This document shows positions 10,178 through 20,206 of a stretch of 64,000 nt of DNA, in pieces. The DNA is from a bacterium (GTDB lineage Bacteria; CSSED10-310; JAFGSJ01). Numbering within the stretch: the stretch's first letter is position 1; every line of letters begins with the position of its first letter. Made by a program: the position numbers and the translations under genes. Where the stretch lies: positions 75,387-139,386 of the forward strand of contig JAFGSJ010000051.1 of NCBI GenBank assembly GCA_016934675.1. The letters run 5' to 3'. The notes below the pieces were generated by a model. The model saw nothing but the letters and a program-made list of their open reading frames with translations. It did no database searches and was not told the origin of the DNA.

Positions 10178-11191
10178 CTAATGAGTATTGTTTCTTTTGA
10201 CAATTTTAACCGAAACCTTATCGGGAATAAATTGTTTCACTGACACGCGATTAGTCAGTTCTCTTGGAAACTCGACTTTCGGTATGACATCACGCCATTT
10301 ATCAGCAGGCAACTCCTGCACATCAAGAATGAGCCGTAACATACCGGGTTCGAGGCTTCTGATGATGTTTTGAGGGCCCTCAACAATGACCGTCACCTTC
10401 TCAGGATTGTATTCCTCGATTGTATCCGTCCCCTCAAGTCTCTTTATTTCCATATCCATATTTTTAAATTCTTTGGTGACCAGGATTTCCACTATTTCGA
10501 ATATTATGTCCACACTCGCCGGTTCACAGATGACAAAATTCGGGGTAATTAAGGGCGTTTCAGCTAAGGTATACATTGTCTGATCATATTTGATCTCAAG
10601 ACTGCCAAGATTAACCGGTCGGGATTGTACAGAATTCCGGGATTCAAGAATCGAACGGGGACCCGATAAACTGGCCGTTTCGGGATCAAGACTGATGCTC
10701 TTGATCTGAAAACCCTCGGGTAAAACGCCCAAATACTCCTTGGTAATCTCAACATTTTTCTTGATATAGTAATCGAGCATGACGGAGATTGTCGTTGGAT
10801 TGATAGCAATTATTTCCACGCCCAGGGGAACATTCTGAATGTTCTTGTTCGTCAATTCAAAAACGACCTCTTTGCCCCAATCATTGAATGCAGATGGAAG
10901 TTCGATATTCAAACTCGCCTGTTTGGCAATTTTGGACATAGCGCTGGGAATACCCTTCATCCGCACTGAAATAAGATCATTGATATCATTCGCTTTTTTA
11001 AACATCCGGACAATACCATCATCAGGCAAATTCTGAAACGAGGCACTCTCCACTCTCAAATCGACTTTCTGCTCGATTTTCCCCTGTATCTGAACAACAA
11101 ACCATAAAATAATGGCCAAGACAAAGGAACCCACTTTCAGAAAGAAATTCTCAAACAGGAGTCGAGAAAGATACCGTCGCTTTGAATACAT
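10178..11191 (-). CDS. cdaR: YbbR-domain regulator of diadenylate cyclase (CdaR)
   Basis: 337 aa with an N-terminal TM helix followed by repeated YbbR-like beta domains. It lies immediately downstream of cdaA with a 1-nt overlap. Confidence 0.7.
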   Translation of the reverse strand: MYSKRRYLSRLLFENFFLKVGSFVLAIILWFVVQIQGKIEQKVDLRVESASFQNLPDDGIVRMFKKANDINDLISVRMKGIPSAMSKIAKQASLNIELPSAFNDWGKEVVFELTNKNIQNVPLGVEIIAINPTTISVMLDYYIKKNVEITKEYLGVLPEGFQIKSISLDPETASLSGPRSILESRNSVQSRPVNLGSLEIKYDQTMYTLAETPLITPNFVICEPASVDIIFEIVEILVTKEFKNMDMEIKRLEGTDTIEEYNPEKVTVIVEGPQNIIRSLEPGMLRLILDVQELPADKWRDVIPKVEFPRELTNRVSVKQFIPDKVSVKIVKRNNTH

Positions 11192-11982
11192 TATGGCCCC
11201 ATACCTGGTAGAAGTTGAGGTAGATACTGTTTTTTCAGAATTTGTCTGAGAGACTCGATGTCCAGGTCCGCTTGAAGCTTTCCTTCAATGGCCAGTGAAA
11301 TTTTTCCAGTTTCTTCTGAAACGACGATGGCCAAACAATCCGCCTCTTCTGTGATACCAATTGCAGCCCGATGACGCGATCCGGCCGCTTTTCCCAGATG
11401 AGGGCTCTTGGAAAGCGGCAGGAAACAGGCAGCAGATTCTATTCTGGCCTGATTGATGATCACGGCCCCATCATGGAGCGGGTTTTCTGGGTAAAAGATT
11501 GCCCTGAGTAACTCGCTTGAAATTGTGGCGTTCAGCGTACTGCCTTTTTCACGATATTCACGCAAACCCGTATTACGCTCCAAAACAATGATCGCCCCTG
11601 TCTTGGATTCGGCCATGGCCGCCGTCGCTTTAATAAGTTCATCGAGCATCTGTTCTTCGATTAATTTCCTCTTTCGGAATATGCCGCGCTGTCCGACTTC
11701 TGCCATGGCTTTACGCAATTCCGGCTGAAAAATGATCAGCAAAGCCACGATCCAGAAATAGAGGAAATTTTGCAGGAACCAGCGAATCGTATATAATTGG
11801 AAATTCTGGGCAAAATAGGACGCGCCCAGGAGGATAAAAATACCGATGAACATCTGAACGGCCAATGTTCCTTTGATAATCAAGAAAAAACGATAGAGTA
11901 TGAACGTGACGATTAAAATATCAATGATATCGGTAAACGATACACTGATGGGTGGCAGGCTATGTAAATATTCGACGATCAT
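11191..11982 (-). CDS. cdaA: Diadenylate cyclase CdaA (c-di-AMP synthase). Three N-terminal TM helices plus a DAC domain.
   Basis: DAC-domain motifs DGAVII and RHRAAIGITEEADCLAIVVSEETG. N-terminal membrane helices. Conserved ftsH-folP-cdaA-cdaR neighbourhood. Confidence 0.85.
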   Translation of the reverse strand: MIVEYLHSLPPISVSFTDIIDILIVTFILYRFFLIIKGTLAVQMFIGIFILLGASYFAQNFQLYTIRWFLQNFLYFWIVALLIIFQPELRKAMAEVGQRGIFRKRKLIEEQMLDELIKATAAMAESKTGAIIVLERNTGLREYREKGSTLNATISSELLRAIFYPENPLHDGAVIINQARIESAACFLPLSKSPHLGKAAGSRHRAAIGITEEADCLAIVVSEETGKISLAIEGKLQADLDIESLRQILKKQYLPQLLPGMGP

Positions 11983-12821
11983 GCCCTGACGATGGCGTCA
12001 GCAATTTTCAAGGCCCGAAACGTTTCCTTGACATCGTGGACCCGGACCAGGCCAGCCCCACGCACCACAGCCATAATCGCTGCCGCCAGACTTCCTTCCA
12101 ACCGGTCATTAACCGGCGTTTCGAGTATGGTATTGATAAAGGATTTCCGGGAAGCACCGATTAAAATCGGTCGATGCAACTCGGTCCAATGGTTGAGATT
12201 GTTGATCAACTGTAGATTGTGCATTGCAGTTTTACCAAAACCGATCCCGGGATCAATGATGATCTGTTCCGGGAGCACACCCTGCTCGCACACCCAATGT
12301 ATTCTCTCGGCCAGATAGTCTTTGACCTCGAGGACAACATTTGTGTATTGCGGTTGCACCTGCATATCCTGGGGTGTTTTTTGCATATGCATCAGGACCA
12401 AGCCAGCCCGAAAATCTCGGATCAGTTCGACCATTTGGGGGGCAACGGTTAGGGCAGAAATGTCATTGATCATAGACACACCTGCTTGTAAGGCTTCACG
12501 AGCTACCTCAGCTTTCGAGGTATCGACTGAAATCGGCACCTTGAGACGCGGGACTAACCTGTCGATGATCGGCATGATCCGGCCCAATTCCTCGGTTGCT
12601 GAAATTCCGTCCGAGAAGGGACGTGACGATTCACCGCCAATATCAATCAGGTCTGCGCCCTGGTCCTCCATTTCCAAGGCCCGTTCAACCGCTTTATCAG
12701 GCGAGTCATATAATCCGCCATCGGAAAAACTGTCTGGAGTAACATTGAGAATACCCATGATCAGGGTCTTACTCGCGGTTGACAAGGTGTATGACCCGGC
12801 TCTGATTATGTGTTGCCCCAT
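11979..12821 (-). CDS. folP: Dihydropteroate synthase
   Basis: Pterin-binding signature DIIDIGGESSRP and LNVTPDSFSDGG. Length 280 aa. Confidence 0.85.
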   Translation of the reverse strand: MGQHIIRAGSYTLSTASKTLIMGILNVTPDSFSDGGLYDSPDKAVERALEMEDQGADLIDIGGESSRPFSDGISATEELGRIMPIIDRLVPRLKVPISVDTSKAEVAREALQAGVSMINDISALTVAPQMVELIRDFRAGLVLMHMQKTPQDMQVQPQYTNVVLEVKDYLAERIHWVCEQGVLPEQIIIDPGIGFGKTAMHNLQLINNLNHWTELHRPILIGASRKSFINTILETPVNDRLEGSLAAAIMAVVRGAGLVRVHDVKETFRALKIADAIVRA

Positions 12822-12878
12822 GACTTTCCCGCTCTCGTCCCGGTCTGGCTCTCATCAGTAAAAAAAACCAAATTCTGA

Positions 12879-14678
12879 TTAACTGGTAGCTCCCAATAAC
12901 CGATCGATCTCGTCTCCGGCGATGACTTCCTTTTCCAGGAGGGCTTTGGCTAACAAATGAAGCTTCTCGATATGGTCCTCGAGTAGCTTCCGGGCCCGAT
13001 TAAAGTTCGTGATAATCAAATTTCGGACTTCCTGGTCAATACTGCGTGCCGTTTCTTCACTGTAATCCCGGTGCTGGGCAAATTCCCGGCCCAAAAAGAT
13101 ATGCTCTTCCCTTTTTCCAAATGCCAGTGGACCAAGATTTTCACTCATTCCCCACTCACATACCATTTTCCGAGCAAGCTCAGTAGCCCGTTCAATATCA
13201 TTGCCCGCTCCCGTGGTCAGAATATTCAGGACCAACTCCTCAGCCGCCCGACCACCCATCAGAATAGCCAATTCATTAACCAAATACTCTTTAGGATAGT
13301 TGTGCTTTTCATCGATCGGTAACTGCTGGGTCACACCCAGAGAACGACCGCGTGGAATAATGGTGATCTTATGAATCGGGTCTGAACCGGGAATGAGTTT
13401 TGCGACGAGAGCATGCCCACATTCATGGTAAGCCGTATTTTTCTTCTCTTCATCCGAGATGATCATGCTTTTACGTTCAGCACCCATGAGGACCTTGTCT
13501 TTCGAGTACTCGAAGTCATCCATGTCCACCCGGGCTTTCTCGCGCCGAGCGGCGATGAGAGCCGCTTCATTGGCCATATTGGCCAGATCAGCCCCGGTAA
13601 AGCCCGGGGTTCCCCGGGACAGTATTTCCAAATTGACATCATCAGCCAGAGGTATATGCTTGGTATGAACTTTGAGGATGCCTAAGCGTCCTCCGACATC
13701 CGGCAACGACACCACGATCTGTCGATCAAAACGACCGGGACGAAGCAGGGCCGGGTCCAAAACATCCGGACGATTCGTCGCGGCTAACAAGATGACGCCT
13801 TCGTTCGTCTCGAAGCCGTCCATTTCCACTAATAATTGATTGAGGGTCTGTTCCCGTTCGTCATGACCGCCACCGAGGCCGGCACCACGGTGACGTCCCA
13901 CGGCATCAATTTCGTCCATAAAAATCAAACAGGGTGCATTTTTCTTGCCCTGATCGAACAAGTCCCTGACCCTCGAGGCCCCCACCCCAACAAACATCTC
14001 GACGAAATCCGATCCCGAAATGCTGAAGAATGGGACATCCGCTTCACCGGCAATAGCCCGGGCCAACAATGTTTTTCCCGTACCCGGAGGTCCTACGAGT
14101 AAGACCCCCTTGGGAATTTTACCACCTAAACGCTGAAATTTCTGGGGGTCCCTTAAAAATTCAATGATCTCAGTCAACTCATCCCTTGCTTCATCAATGC
14201 CGGCGACATCCTCGAAGGTGACTTTACTTTGAGCACTCGAGAGAAGTTTGGCCCGACTCTTGCCAAATGATAAAGCCTTGTTGCCACCTACCTGCATTTG
14301 ACGCATAAACACGATCCATATCCCCACGATCAAAAGGATGGGAAACCATTGCGTCAAGATGAGCAGGAACATACTTTCCTTGACTTCCTCGACTTTGACC
14401 TCGATCGCATGGTCGTTCAAGTACTTCAACAACTCATATTCAACCAGGGTATATAATTTGAACTTTTCCAAGCCCTCGACTTTCGAGCGAAAAGAACCCT
14501 CGATCGAGTTGCCCTTGATCGTAACCTTATGGATATTGCCCCGCTCGATCTCGCTGACGAACTGGCTGTAATTCAACTCTTTCACGGTTGGCGTACTCGT
14601 TTGAACCAGTGTATATGCCGCGACAATAATCATGAACGCCAGTAACCAGAAAGCTAGATTTTTATATTTGTTATTCAT
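12879..14678 (-). CDS. ftsH: ATP-dependent zinc metalloprotease FtsH
   Basis: Walker A GPPGTGKT. The AAA second region of homology. HECGH zinc-binding motif. Two N-terminal TM segments. Length 599 aa. Confidence 0.9.
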   Translation of the reverse strand: MNNKYKNLAFWLLAFMIIVAAYTLVQTSTPTVKELNYSQFVSEIERGNIHKVTIKGNSIEGSFRSKVEGLEKFKLYTLVEYELLKYLNDHAIEVKVEEVKESMFLLILTQWFPILLIVGIWIVFMRQMQVGGNKALSFGKSRAKLLSSAQSKVTFEDVAGIDEARDELTEIIEFLRDPQKFQRLGGKIPKGVLLVGPPGTGKTLLARAIAGEADVPFFSISGSDFVEMFVGVGASRVRDLFDQGKKNAPCLIFMDEIDAVGRHRGAGLGGGHDEREQTLNQLLVEMDGFETNEGVILLAATNRPDVLDPALLRPGRFDRQIVVSLPDVGGRLGILKVHTKHIPLADDVNLEILSRGTPGFTGADLANMANEAALIAARREKARVDMDDFEYSKDKVLMGAERKSMIISDEEKKNTAYHECGHALVAKLIPGSDPIHKITIIPRGRSLGVTQQLPIDEKHNYPKEYLVNELAILMGGRAAEELVLNILTTGAGNDIERATELARKMVCEWGMSENLGPLAFGKREEHIFLGREFAQHRDYSEETARSIDQEVRNLIITNFNRARKLLEDHIEKLHLLAKALLEKEVIAGDEIDRLLGATS

Positions 14679-14920
14679 AAAAACACCACTCCCCGTAAAG
14701 CAACATCTCGGATTAGTACAAAAAAGCGACGATCAACATACCGTAACAGTTCCGAACAACTGTTGATCATAAAAATGAATAGAACCTTTTACTGTCCTTG
14801 TCAACCGTAACTCTTCATGTCAGGAGTGTCCGCCAGTAACATTTTATCGGAACATGACCCGAAAAGATGCAAATCTGCAAGCATACCCCGAAAATTAATA
14901 CTCACCGGGAACGCCCATCA

Positions 14921-16366
14921 TTAGGGAGTATCTCCATTTGGGGTTGATTGGATCAGCCGCAAGAGCAGGCATTGTCGTGTCCTTGACGTAACCGGGGCAT
15001 AATTCGATCTCCTCCTGCCTGCAATCCAAATGATTCGGTCATCAGATATGACCAGGGGGACCAATCCCTTGAGTTGAACGGGGATACGTTGATTGATAAG
15101 ATACTTTTTAAGAGAAATATCCCGTGACATCCCAAATGGAATAAAACGGTCCCCTGAACAGCGGGCTCGAACGAAGAGACGTGGAGCGATCAGGGCCGCA
15201 TCAAATATTTCGACCGAGGGATCGTGGAAGATATCTTCCAACACAGTTGAATCGGGAGGAGACTCGAGCACGGTCGCATCAAGACATTGGTTGGTGGGAG
15301 TAAGTTTGATAGAGCCGGGCACGGCCAAATATTGGTCAGATAATGAGGGATATGCTTCCCGACACTGCCGATAGCACTCCAGGCAAAGTGACCTCGTCCT
15401 GATCATGATCATGCCCGAGATCGGGCGGGGTCGAATCTCGGAGCCCGCTTCGAGTGCAGTCATGATCGCTTCCACTTTTTGGAAGAGTTTGCCGGGCCGT
15501 TGGTCTGGTTGGAACAGTTCATACAGTACTTGTACGATCAAACGCCTTCGCAAGGCCGGATGTAGACGCATCAACCTGGTCAGGTCCAGACATATACGCT
15601 GATGCTCGCGTCGAACCAGGTCCGGATCACTGCTGGCCAGTCTGACCAGTTCTTCGATCAAATCATTTTCACCCCGTAAGATCGCAAGGGTCGTTGTCAG
15701 TATCTCGTTAAGACAACAGCGTAACTGCTGCTCGATCAGGGGAACAATGTGGTGCCGGACCTTGTTCCGAATATAGGCATCACCCTGATTGGAAGAATCC
15801 TCGACATAGGCAAATCCGTTCTCACGAAGATAATCCTCAATCTGTCGACGAGTACTGTTCAGCAAGGGTCGCGCTATATGGTCCGCAGTGAGGGGCAACA
15901 TAGCTTTAAGGCCCTCCAAGCCCGCCCCGGATACAAGCCTGATAAAGAACAATTCCACATTATCATCTAAGGTATGACCTAACGCAATCCGTTCAGCATG
16001 TTCTTGCTGGCACAAGTGCCGGAAAAACTCGAAGCGTATGGTCCGACAGCACATTTGGATGGAATCGGCCCTGGTTAAGAGCTGGTCCCGGCTAACCTTC
16101 TTGAGGAAAAAGGGTAGCTGATAGAGCTGGCATTGGCAACGGACAAAATCCTCATCGCGGTCGGATTCAGCCCCACGTAAGCCATAGTTGACATGGGCCA
16201 CCACGAGACGCATGGGCTGATGCTGGGTATAGCTCACAAGAAGATGCAGCAAAGCAGTTGAATCTGCACCGCCCGAATAGCCCAGAATGATGGTGGAAAC
16301 TTCATGAAAAAGCCTATGTTGGTCTATATATGATCGAACATGTTCGAAAAGATCATCACCCATCAT
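14921..16366 (-). CDS. tilS: tRNA(Ile)-lysidine synthetase
   Basis: PP-loop SGGADS near the N-terminus. Length 481 aa. It sits in the canonical position upstream of ftsH. Confidence 0.8.
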   Translation of the reverse strand: MMGDDLFEHVRSYIDQHRLFHEVSTIILGYSGGADSTALLHLLVSYTQHQPMRLVVAHVNYGLRGAESDRDEDFVRCQCQLYQLPFFLKKVSRDQLLTRADSIQMCCRTIRFEFFRHLCQQEHAERIALGHTLDDNVELFFIRLVSGAGLEGLKAMLPLTADHIARPLLNSTRRQIEDYLRENGFAYVEDSSNQGDAYIRNKVRHHIVPLIEQQLRCCLNEILTTTLAILRGENDLIEELVRLASSDPDLVRREHQRICLDLTRLMRLHPALRRRLIVQVLYELFQPDQRPGKLFQKVEAIMTALEAGSEIRPRPISGMIMIRTRSLCLECYRQCREAYPSLSDQYLAVPGSIKLTPTNQCLDATVLESPPDSTVLEDIFHDPSVEIFDAALIAPRLFVRARCSGDRFIPFGMSRDISLKKYLINQRIPVQLKGLVPLVISDDRIIWIAGRRRSNYAPVTSRTRQCLLLRLIQSTPNGDTP

Positions 16367-16380
16367 CTGAACGTAGCGAA

Positions 16381-16453
16381 TGGCGGAGCCGGGATTCGAA
16401 CCCAGGACTCCACGGATATGAGCCGTGTGCTCTACCGACTGAGCTACTCCGCC
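16381..16453 (-). tRNA. tRNA with CAU anticodon. Either elongator tRNA-Met or tRNA-Ile2 (lysidine substrate). It is not an initiator type.
   Basis: The reverse complement GGCGGAGTAGCTCAGTCGGTAGAGCACACGGCTCATATCCGTGGAGTCCTGGGTTCGAATCCCGGCTCCGCCA folds as a cloverleaf. It has a 7-bp acceptor stem, GCTC/GAGC D-stem, CACGG/CCGTG anticodon stem, CTCATAT loop (anticodon CAT) and a TTCGAAT T-loop. The 1:72 pair is G-C and there are not three G-C pairs in the anticodon stem, so it is not an initiator tRNA. Confidence 0.8.
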
Positions 16454-16596
16454 GGAATGTCACTACCATATAGTGCTCCCCTGACTTTGTCAAGGGTGGA
16501 ACGCCCTCCATTCCTTCGGCCCAATATGTCGGGGACTGCCTGCTCTTCCATGTTGACTTCTGCTGTACTCTGATATTATTAGTAAAAGAGATAAGT

Positions 16597-18195
16597 ATGA
16601 CTCAAGAACACCTGACGACTTTCCCATTGACTCGGGAGAATCATGCCATGACCGATTATAAAATTCTCGTTGTTGAAGACGACGCGCCTGTTCTTGATTT
16701 ACTCGTTAGTATTCTCGAAAGCGAAGGGTTCCAGGTCGTCTCCGCCAGGAATGGCCAGGACGCACTGACCTTGCTTCATTCTTTTAATCCCGATGTCATC
16801 CTGTCAGATATCATGATGCCAGTCATGAACGGCCTCGAATTTCTGAAACATGTGCAAAGTGACGAGAAAACCCGAAATATTCCTTTCCTGTTCCTCAGCG
16901 CGAAAAAGGATGTTCAGGATAAAGTCGAAGGATTATCAATCGGCGCTGATGATTATATATGCAAACCTTTTGTACTCGAGGAACTTTTGGCTCGAATCAG
17001 GACCCGCCTGAAAAAAAAGGAAGAGCTCCTGGCCAGGAGCTCTTTAACTCGGGGGGCCATGGTCGGCGATTTGACCGTCTTTCCAATCATTGACCTAGTC
17101 CAGATACTGCGATTGGAAAAGAAAACCGGTGAAATGACCCTGTCGTTCCAAAATACTGAAGCCTATCTTCGACTGAATCAGGGAGAAGTCGTGGATGTTG
17201 AGTTTGGACAATTATCGGGCGTTCAGGCTTTTCTCTCAATCCTTGAACATGAACAAGGTTGGTTTTCATTCAGTCTGGCTGATGGACCATTTCCAACGAA
17301 ATTGGAGCTCAACACCCAGGAATTACTCGTTGAAAGCACTCGTCAACTGGACGAATATAAGAATTTATTAGCAAAATTGCCCCCTCTCGAGCTGGTCTAT
17401 CGCATTTCCGAAAGGAAAAGTTCGACCGTGCTTTCTGTCAAAGAGATGAAAATACTGTACCTTTTTGACGGCGAACACAATCTGGGAGAGGTGTTTCAAA
17501 ATTCCCCGTTCGAGCAATCAAAAACGGTTGAAATCATGCAAGACCTCATCCACAATGGTTTTTTGGAAGAAAATGTGCCCGGACAGCCCCCCCTTGATCA
17601 TGAGCCCTCTTTCGGTTTGACGGCACTGGACCAGGAATCCATGACCCGGTTGAGATCAATACTTAAATCTCATCAAGGCATCCCCTGTATCATGGTGATC
17701 AGCCTCGACCTTGCTTCCGTCGAACAGTTTTTATACAGATTGTGCAGTCCGGACCAACTTATAAAAAACGATTATTCGCTGAATAGAAAGGAAAAAATCA
17801 ATTTTCAAAAAGTGGCTTTCGATGACAGGGATGAGTTAAACATCTACGGCCTCAAAGGCTTTCGCCAATTTTCCTTTTTGTGGCATGTTCTTGATCGGGA
17901 TATTCTCGGACTCATTCTCTTGATTGAAACGACAAAAACGCTCGATCAACCATCAATACAAGCCTTTTATGAGTTGCTGAACCGGACATATGAGCTGCCC
18001 TATATCACTGCGCTCAACCAAACAGGGGCTTCTACCGATACCAATCCTGAGCCCATGCCACACCAAGCTGACCACGACTATCATCTTTTTCCCTGTTCCT
18101 TTGCCTCGGGTCACTCTTTGGCCATACTCCTGAAAAAATGGCTGGAATTCGTAACAGAACATCGCCCAATTGTCCCCAATAAGAAGAATGGATAA
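16597..18195 (+). CDS. Atypical response regulator: REC receiver, a DUF4388-like domain, and a ~200 aa C-terminal domain of unknown function (no P-loop). The true start is probably the internal Met at 16648 (MTDYKILVVEDD).
   Basis: REC signature KILVVEDD...D...VILSDIMMP...DDYICKPF. The segment GDLTVFPIIDLVQILRLEKKTGEMTL matches the DUF4388 signature (recalled, not searched). No DNA-binding output domain is seen. Confidence 0.6.
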   Translation: MTQEHLTTFPLTRENHAMTDYKILVVEDDAPVLDLLVSILESEGFQVVSARNGQDALTLLHSFNPDVILSDIMMPVMNGLEFLKHVQSDEKTRNIPFLFLSAKKDVQDKVEGLSIGADDYICKPFVLEELLARIRTRLKKKEELLARSSLTRGAMVGDLTVFPIIDLVQILRLEKKTGEMTLSFQNTEAYLRLNQGEVVDVEFGQLSGVQAFLSILEHEQGWFSFSLADGPFPTKLELNTQELLVESTRQLDEYKNLLAKLPPLELVYRISERKSSTVLSVKEMKILYLFDGEHNLGEVFQNSPFEQSKTVEIMQDLIHNGFLEENVPGQPPLDHEPSFGLTALDQESMTRLRSILKSHQGIPCIMVISLDLASVEQFLYRLCSPDQLIKNDYSLNRKEKINFQKVAFDDRDELNIYGLKGFRQFSFLWHVLDRDILGLILLIETTKTLDQPSIQAFYELLNRTYELPYITALNQTGASTDTNPEPMPHQADHDYHLFPCSFASGHSLAILLKKWLEFVTEHRPIVPNKKNG

Positions 18196-18370
18196 TATGT
18201 ATACTAAAAACGAATTGACCTAAAACCGACCTCGATATTGTCGCCCTTGCAGGCGGGCACTTCGATCATGATTGGGCAAAAACCTTTACTCTGAAAGAGT
18301 TTATTTGACTTTTATGACCTCATAGTGTATAATACTTTCGATTCGGGTTATCTCTACTGCTAACATTTTC

Positions 18371-20206
18371 TTGTGGTTCTATCCGGACCACTATTTTCAG
18401 GGAAATAATGGTTCGGAAAGGGGGAGTATTATGGCATATAAAATTTTACTTGCCGATGACAGCGTCACGATTCAAAAGGTTGTCGAGTTGACCTTTGCAG
18501 AAAGTGATTATCTGGTCACATCGGTCAGTGACGGCATCTCGGCACTTAAAAAAATCAAAGAGATCATGCCGGATGTCGTTTTACTTGATGTGTTCATGCC
18601 TCAAATGGATGGATATCAAGTCTGTCAGAAAATCAAATCCGATCCCGTTATGAAAGATATTCCGGTTTTATTATTGACCGGAACATTTGAATCGTTTGAC
18701 GAGGAAAAAGCCGATCAGGTCATGGCCGATGGCTATCTGACCAAACCTTTTGAATCAACAGAGCTGATTACTCAAGTTGAGAATCTAGCCCGGAAAAGGG
18801 TCGCAGCTGACGCGGAAGGCCAATCGGGAAGCAGTGTGCCAAAGCCCCCCTCTGAAACAGCGGACATTGACTTTGAGGACATGTCCGCCGAAGAAACTGC
18901 ACCTGAACAGACATCTCTGGCATCTGACGACAATGCTGAAGAACCTCTCTTCGAAGCTGATGAGGCTGATGAAGTCATGGAGGCTGAAATTGCCGAGGAA
19001 GATGAAGAAATCAGCAATGTTTCGAGTGCTGAGCATGAACCTGTTTTTGATACAGGCGAAGAATCTGAATTCCTGACAGAAGAAGAGAAAATATTCGGTG
19101 CGGATGAAGACGATGACTTGGCTATTGCCAAGGACACAGCTGAAAGCGATGAAGATTTACTCTGGGAAGTCTCAGAAGAGGAGAAAGACGGCGAAGATGA
19201 GGACCTTTTCGAGGAAAGCTCATCTGAAGATGAGGATATATCTGTCCAAGCTGGTCCTGGCCAGGAAGTTGATCAATTATTTGCCGAGGAACAAACCACA
19301 AAATCTGAGGAAGACCTGGAAGATATTTGGGAAGAACCACTCGAATCAACTGATTCCGTGGAAATCGGCGGCGAGGATTCCTCCCGGGATACCATTTCTT
19401 TTGATGATGGTACTGATTCCGATGATGCACTCTGGAGTGAATCCGACCTTGAGCACACTTCAGAATCAGCTAAATCGGATTTTGAATCTGCTGACGAAGA
19501 GACTCCCCCTGATTCATTGTCGACAGCAGAAGATGATTTTGAGAGACCCGAACTTTCAGAATCGTCTGGCGTCACTTTTGCAGATTCCCCCGAAACCACT
19601 GATGAAGTCCAACCTGATAGTTTTGAGGAAAGCCCGGATATTTCGGCTGAGGAACCTTCCATCAGCACTCCCCCTGATGTTGAGGAACCTATTTCCTATT
19701 CTGAAGCACAAGGTGGCTTCGAGGATGACCTGAAAGCGGAACCCTTATCAGTAATGACAGATTCTCCTCTTTCCACTGATCTGGATATCGAAGAAGAGTT
19801 AGAACCCGATCAAACAGAAGCAGAAACCGAGGACGAACCTGAAATCGAGGCCTCGGAGAGCGTCGAAGAAACAGCTCCGGTCGGCATGACGGCTCACCAA
19901 ACGGTTCATCAAAGGCCCCTGACCTCTTCGCCTCTGTCCCCTGACGATTTTCAGAAAATGGTTGCGGACCAACTCGAACTGCTCTTGTCTGCTCATCTCA
20001 ATACCATTACCGAACAGGTTGCTGATAAACTTTCTCTGAAATTGGGACGGACCGTGGCAGAAAGCATCGTTACTAAACTCGGTATCGGAACAGTGCCTGA
20101 TAAAGCGAAGACCTTGATCGAAGAAATAGCCTGGGAAGTTGTCCCCGATCTGGCCCAGGTCATTATTCAGAAGGAAATCGAAAATATCAAGGCAAAGATG
20201 AACTGA
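18371..20206 (+). CDS. Response-regulator receiver protein with a ~400 aa polyacidic disordered linker and a conserved C-terminal helical domain (RomR-like architecture). The true start is probably at 18431 (MAYKILLADD).
   Basis: REC motifs (ILLADDS, DVVLLDVFMPQMDG, DGYLTKPF) are followed by an extremely D/E/S-rich region spanning aa ~150-520. It ends with a non-acidic ~90 aa helical C-terminus. Confidence 0.7.
   Translation: MWFYPDHYFQGNNGSERGSIMAYKILLADDSVTIQKVVELTFAESDYLVTSVSDGISALKKIKEIMPDVVLLDVFMPQMDGYQVCQKIKSDPVMKDIPVLLLTGTFESFDEEKADQVMADGYLTKPFESTELITQVENLARKRVAADAEGQSGSSVPKPPSETADIDFEDMSAEETAPEQTSLASDDNAEEPLFEADEADEVMEAEIAEEDEEISNVSSAEHEPVFDTGEESEFLTEEEKIFGADEDDDLAIAKDTAESDEDLLWEVSEEEKDGEDEDLFEESSSEDEDISVQAGPGQEVDQLFAEEQTTKSEEDLEDIWEEPLESTDSVEIGGEDSSRDTISFDDGTDSDDALWSESDLEHTSESAKSDFESADEETPPDSLSTAEDDFERPELSESSGVTFADSPETTDEVQPDSFEESPDISAEEPSISTPPDVEEPISYSEAQGGFEDDLKAEPLSVMTDSPLSTDLDIEEELEPDQTEAETEDEPEIEASESVEETAPVGMTAHQTVHQRPLTSSPLSPDDFQKMVADQLELLLSAHLNTITEQVADKLSLKLGRTVAESIVTKLGIGTVPDKAKTLIEEIAWEVVPDLAQVIIQKEIENIKAKMN
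20144..20200. repeat. 57-bp direct repeat, copy 1. It is the last 19 codons of the acidic regulator gene.
   Basis: CCCGATCTGGCCCAGGTCATTATTCA[G]AAGGAAATCGAAAATATCAAGGCAAAGATG recurs at 22045..22101 with a single mismatch. Confidence 0.85.

Noticed and set aside
16340-16573. 77-aa + strand ORF overlapping the tRNA
   Set aside because: It completely overlaps a well-formed tRNA gene on the opposite strand. There is no RBS or domain.
18772-19733. Multiple 80-210 aa ORFs on both strands within the acidic response-regulator gene
   Set aside because: They are artefacts of the GA/GAA/GAT-rich repetitive coding sequence for the poly-D/E linker. Such low-complexity DNA is stop-poor in several frames. 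Their products (poly-S/L/R) have no protein-like composition.
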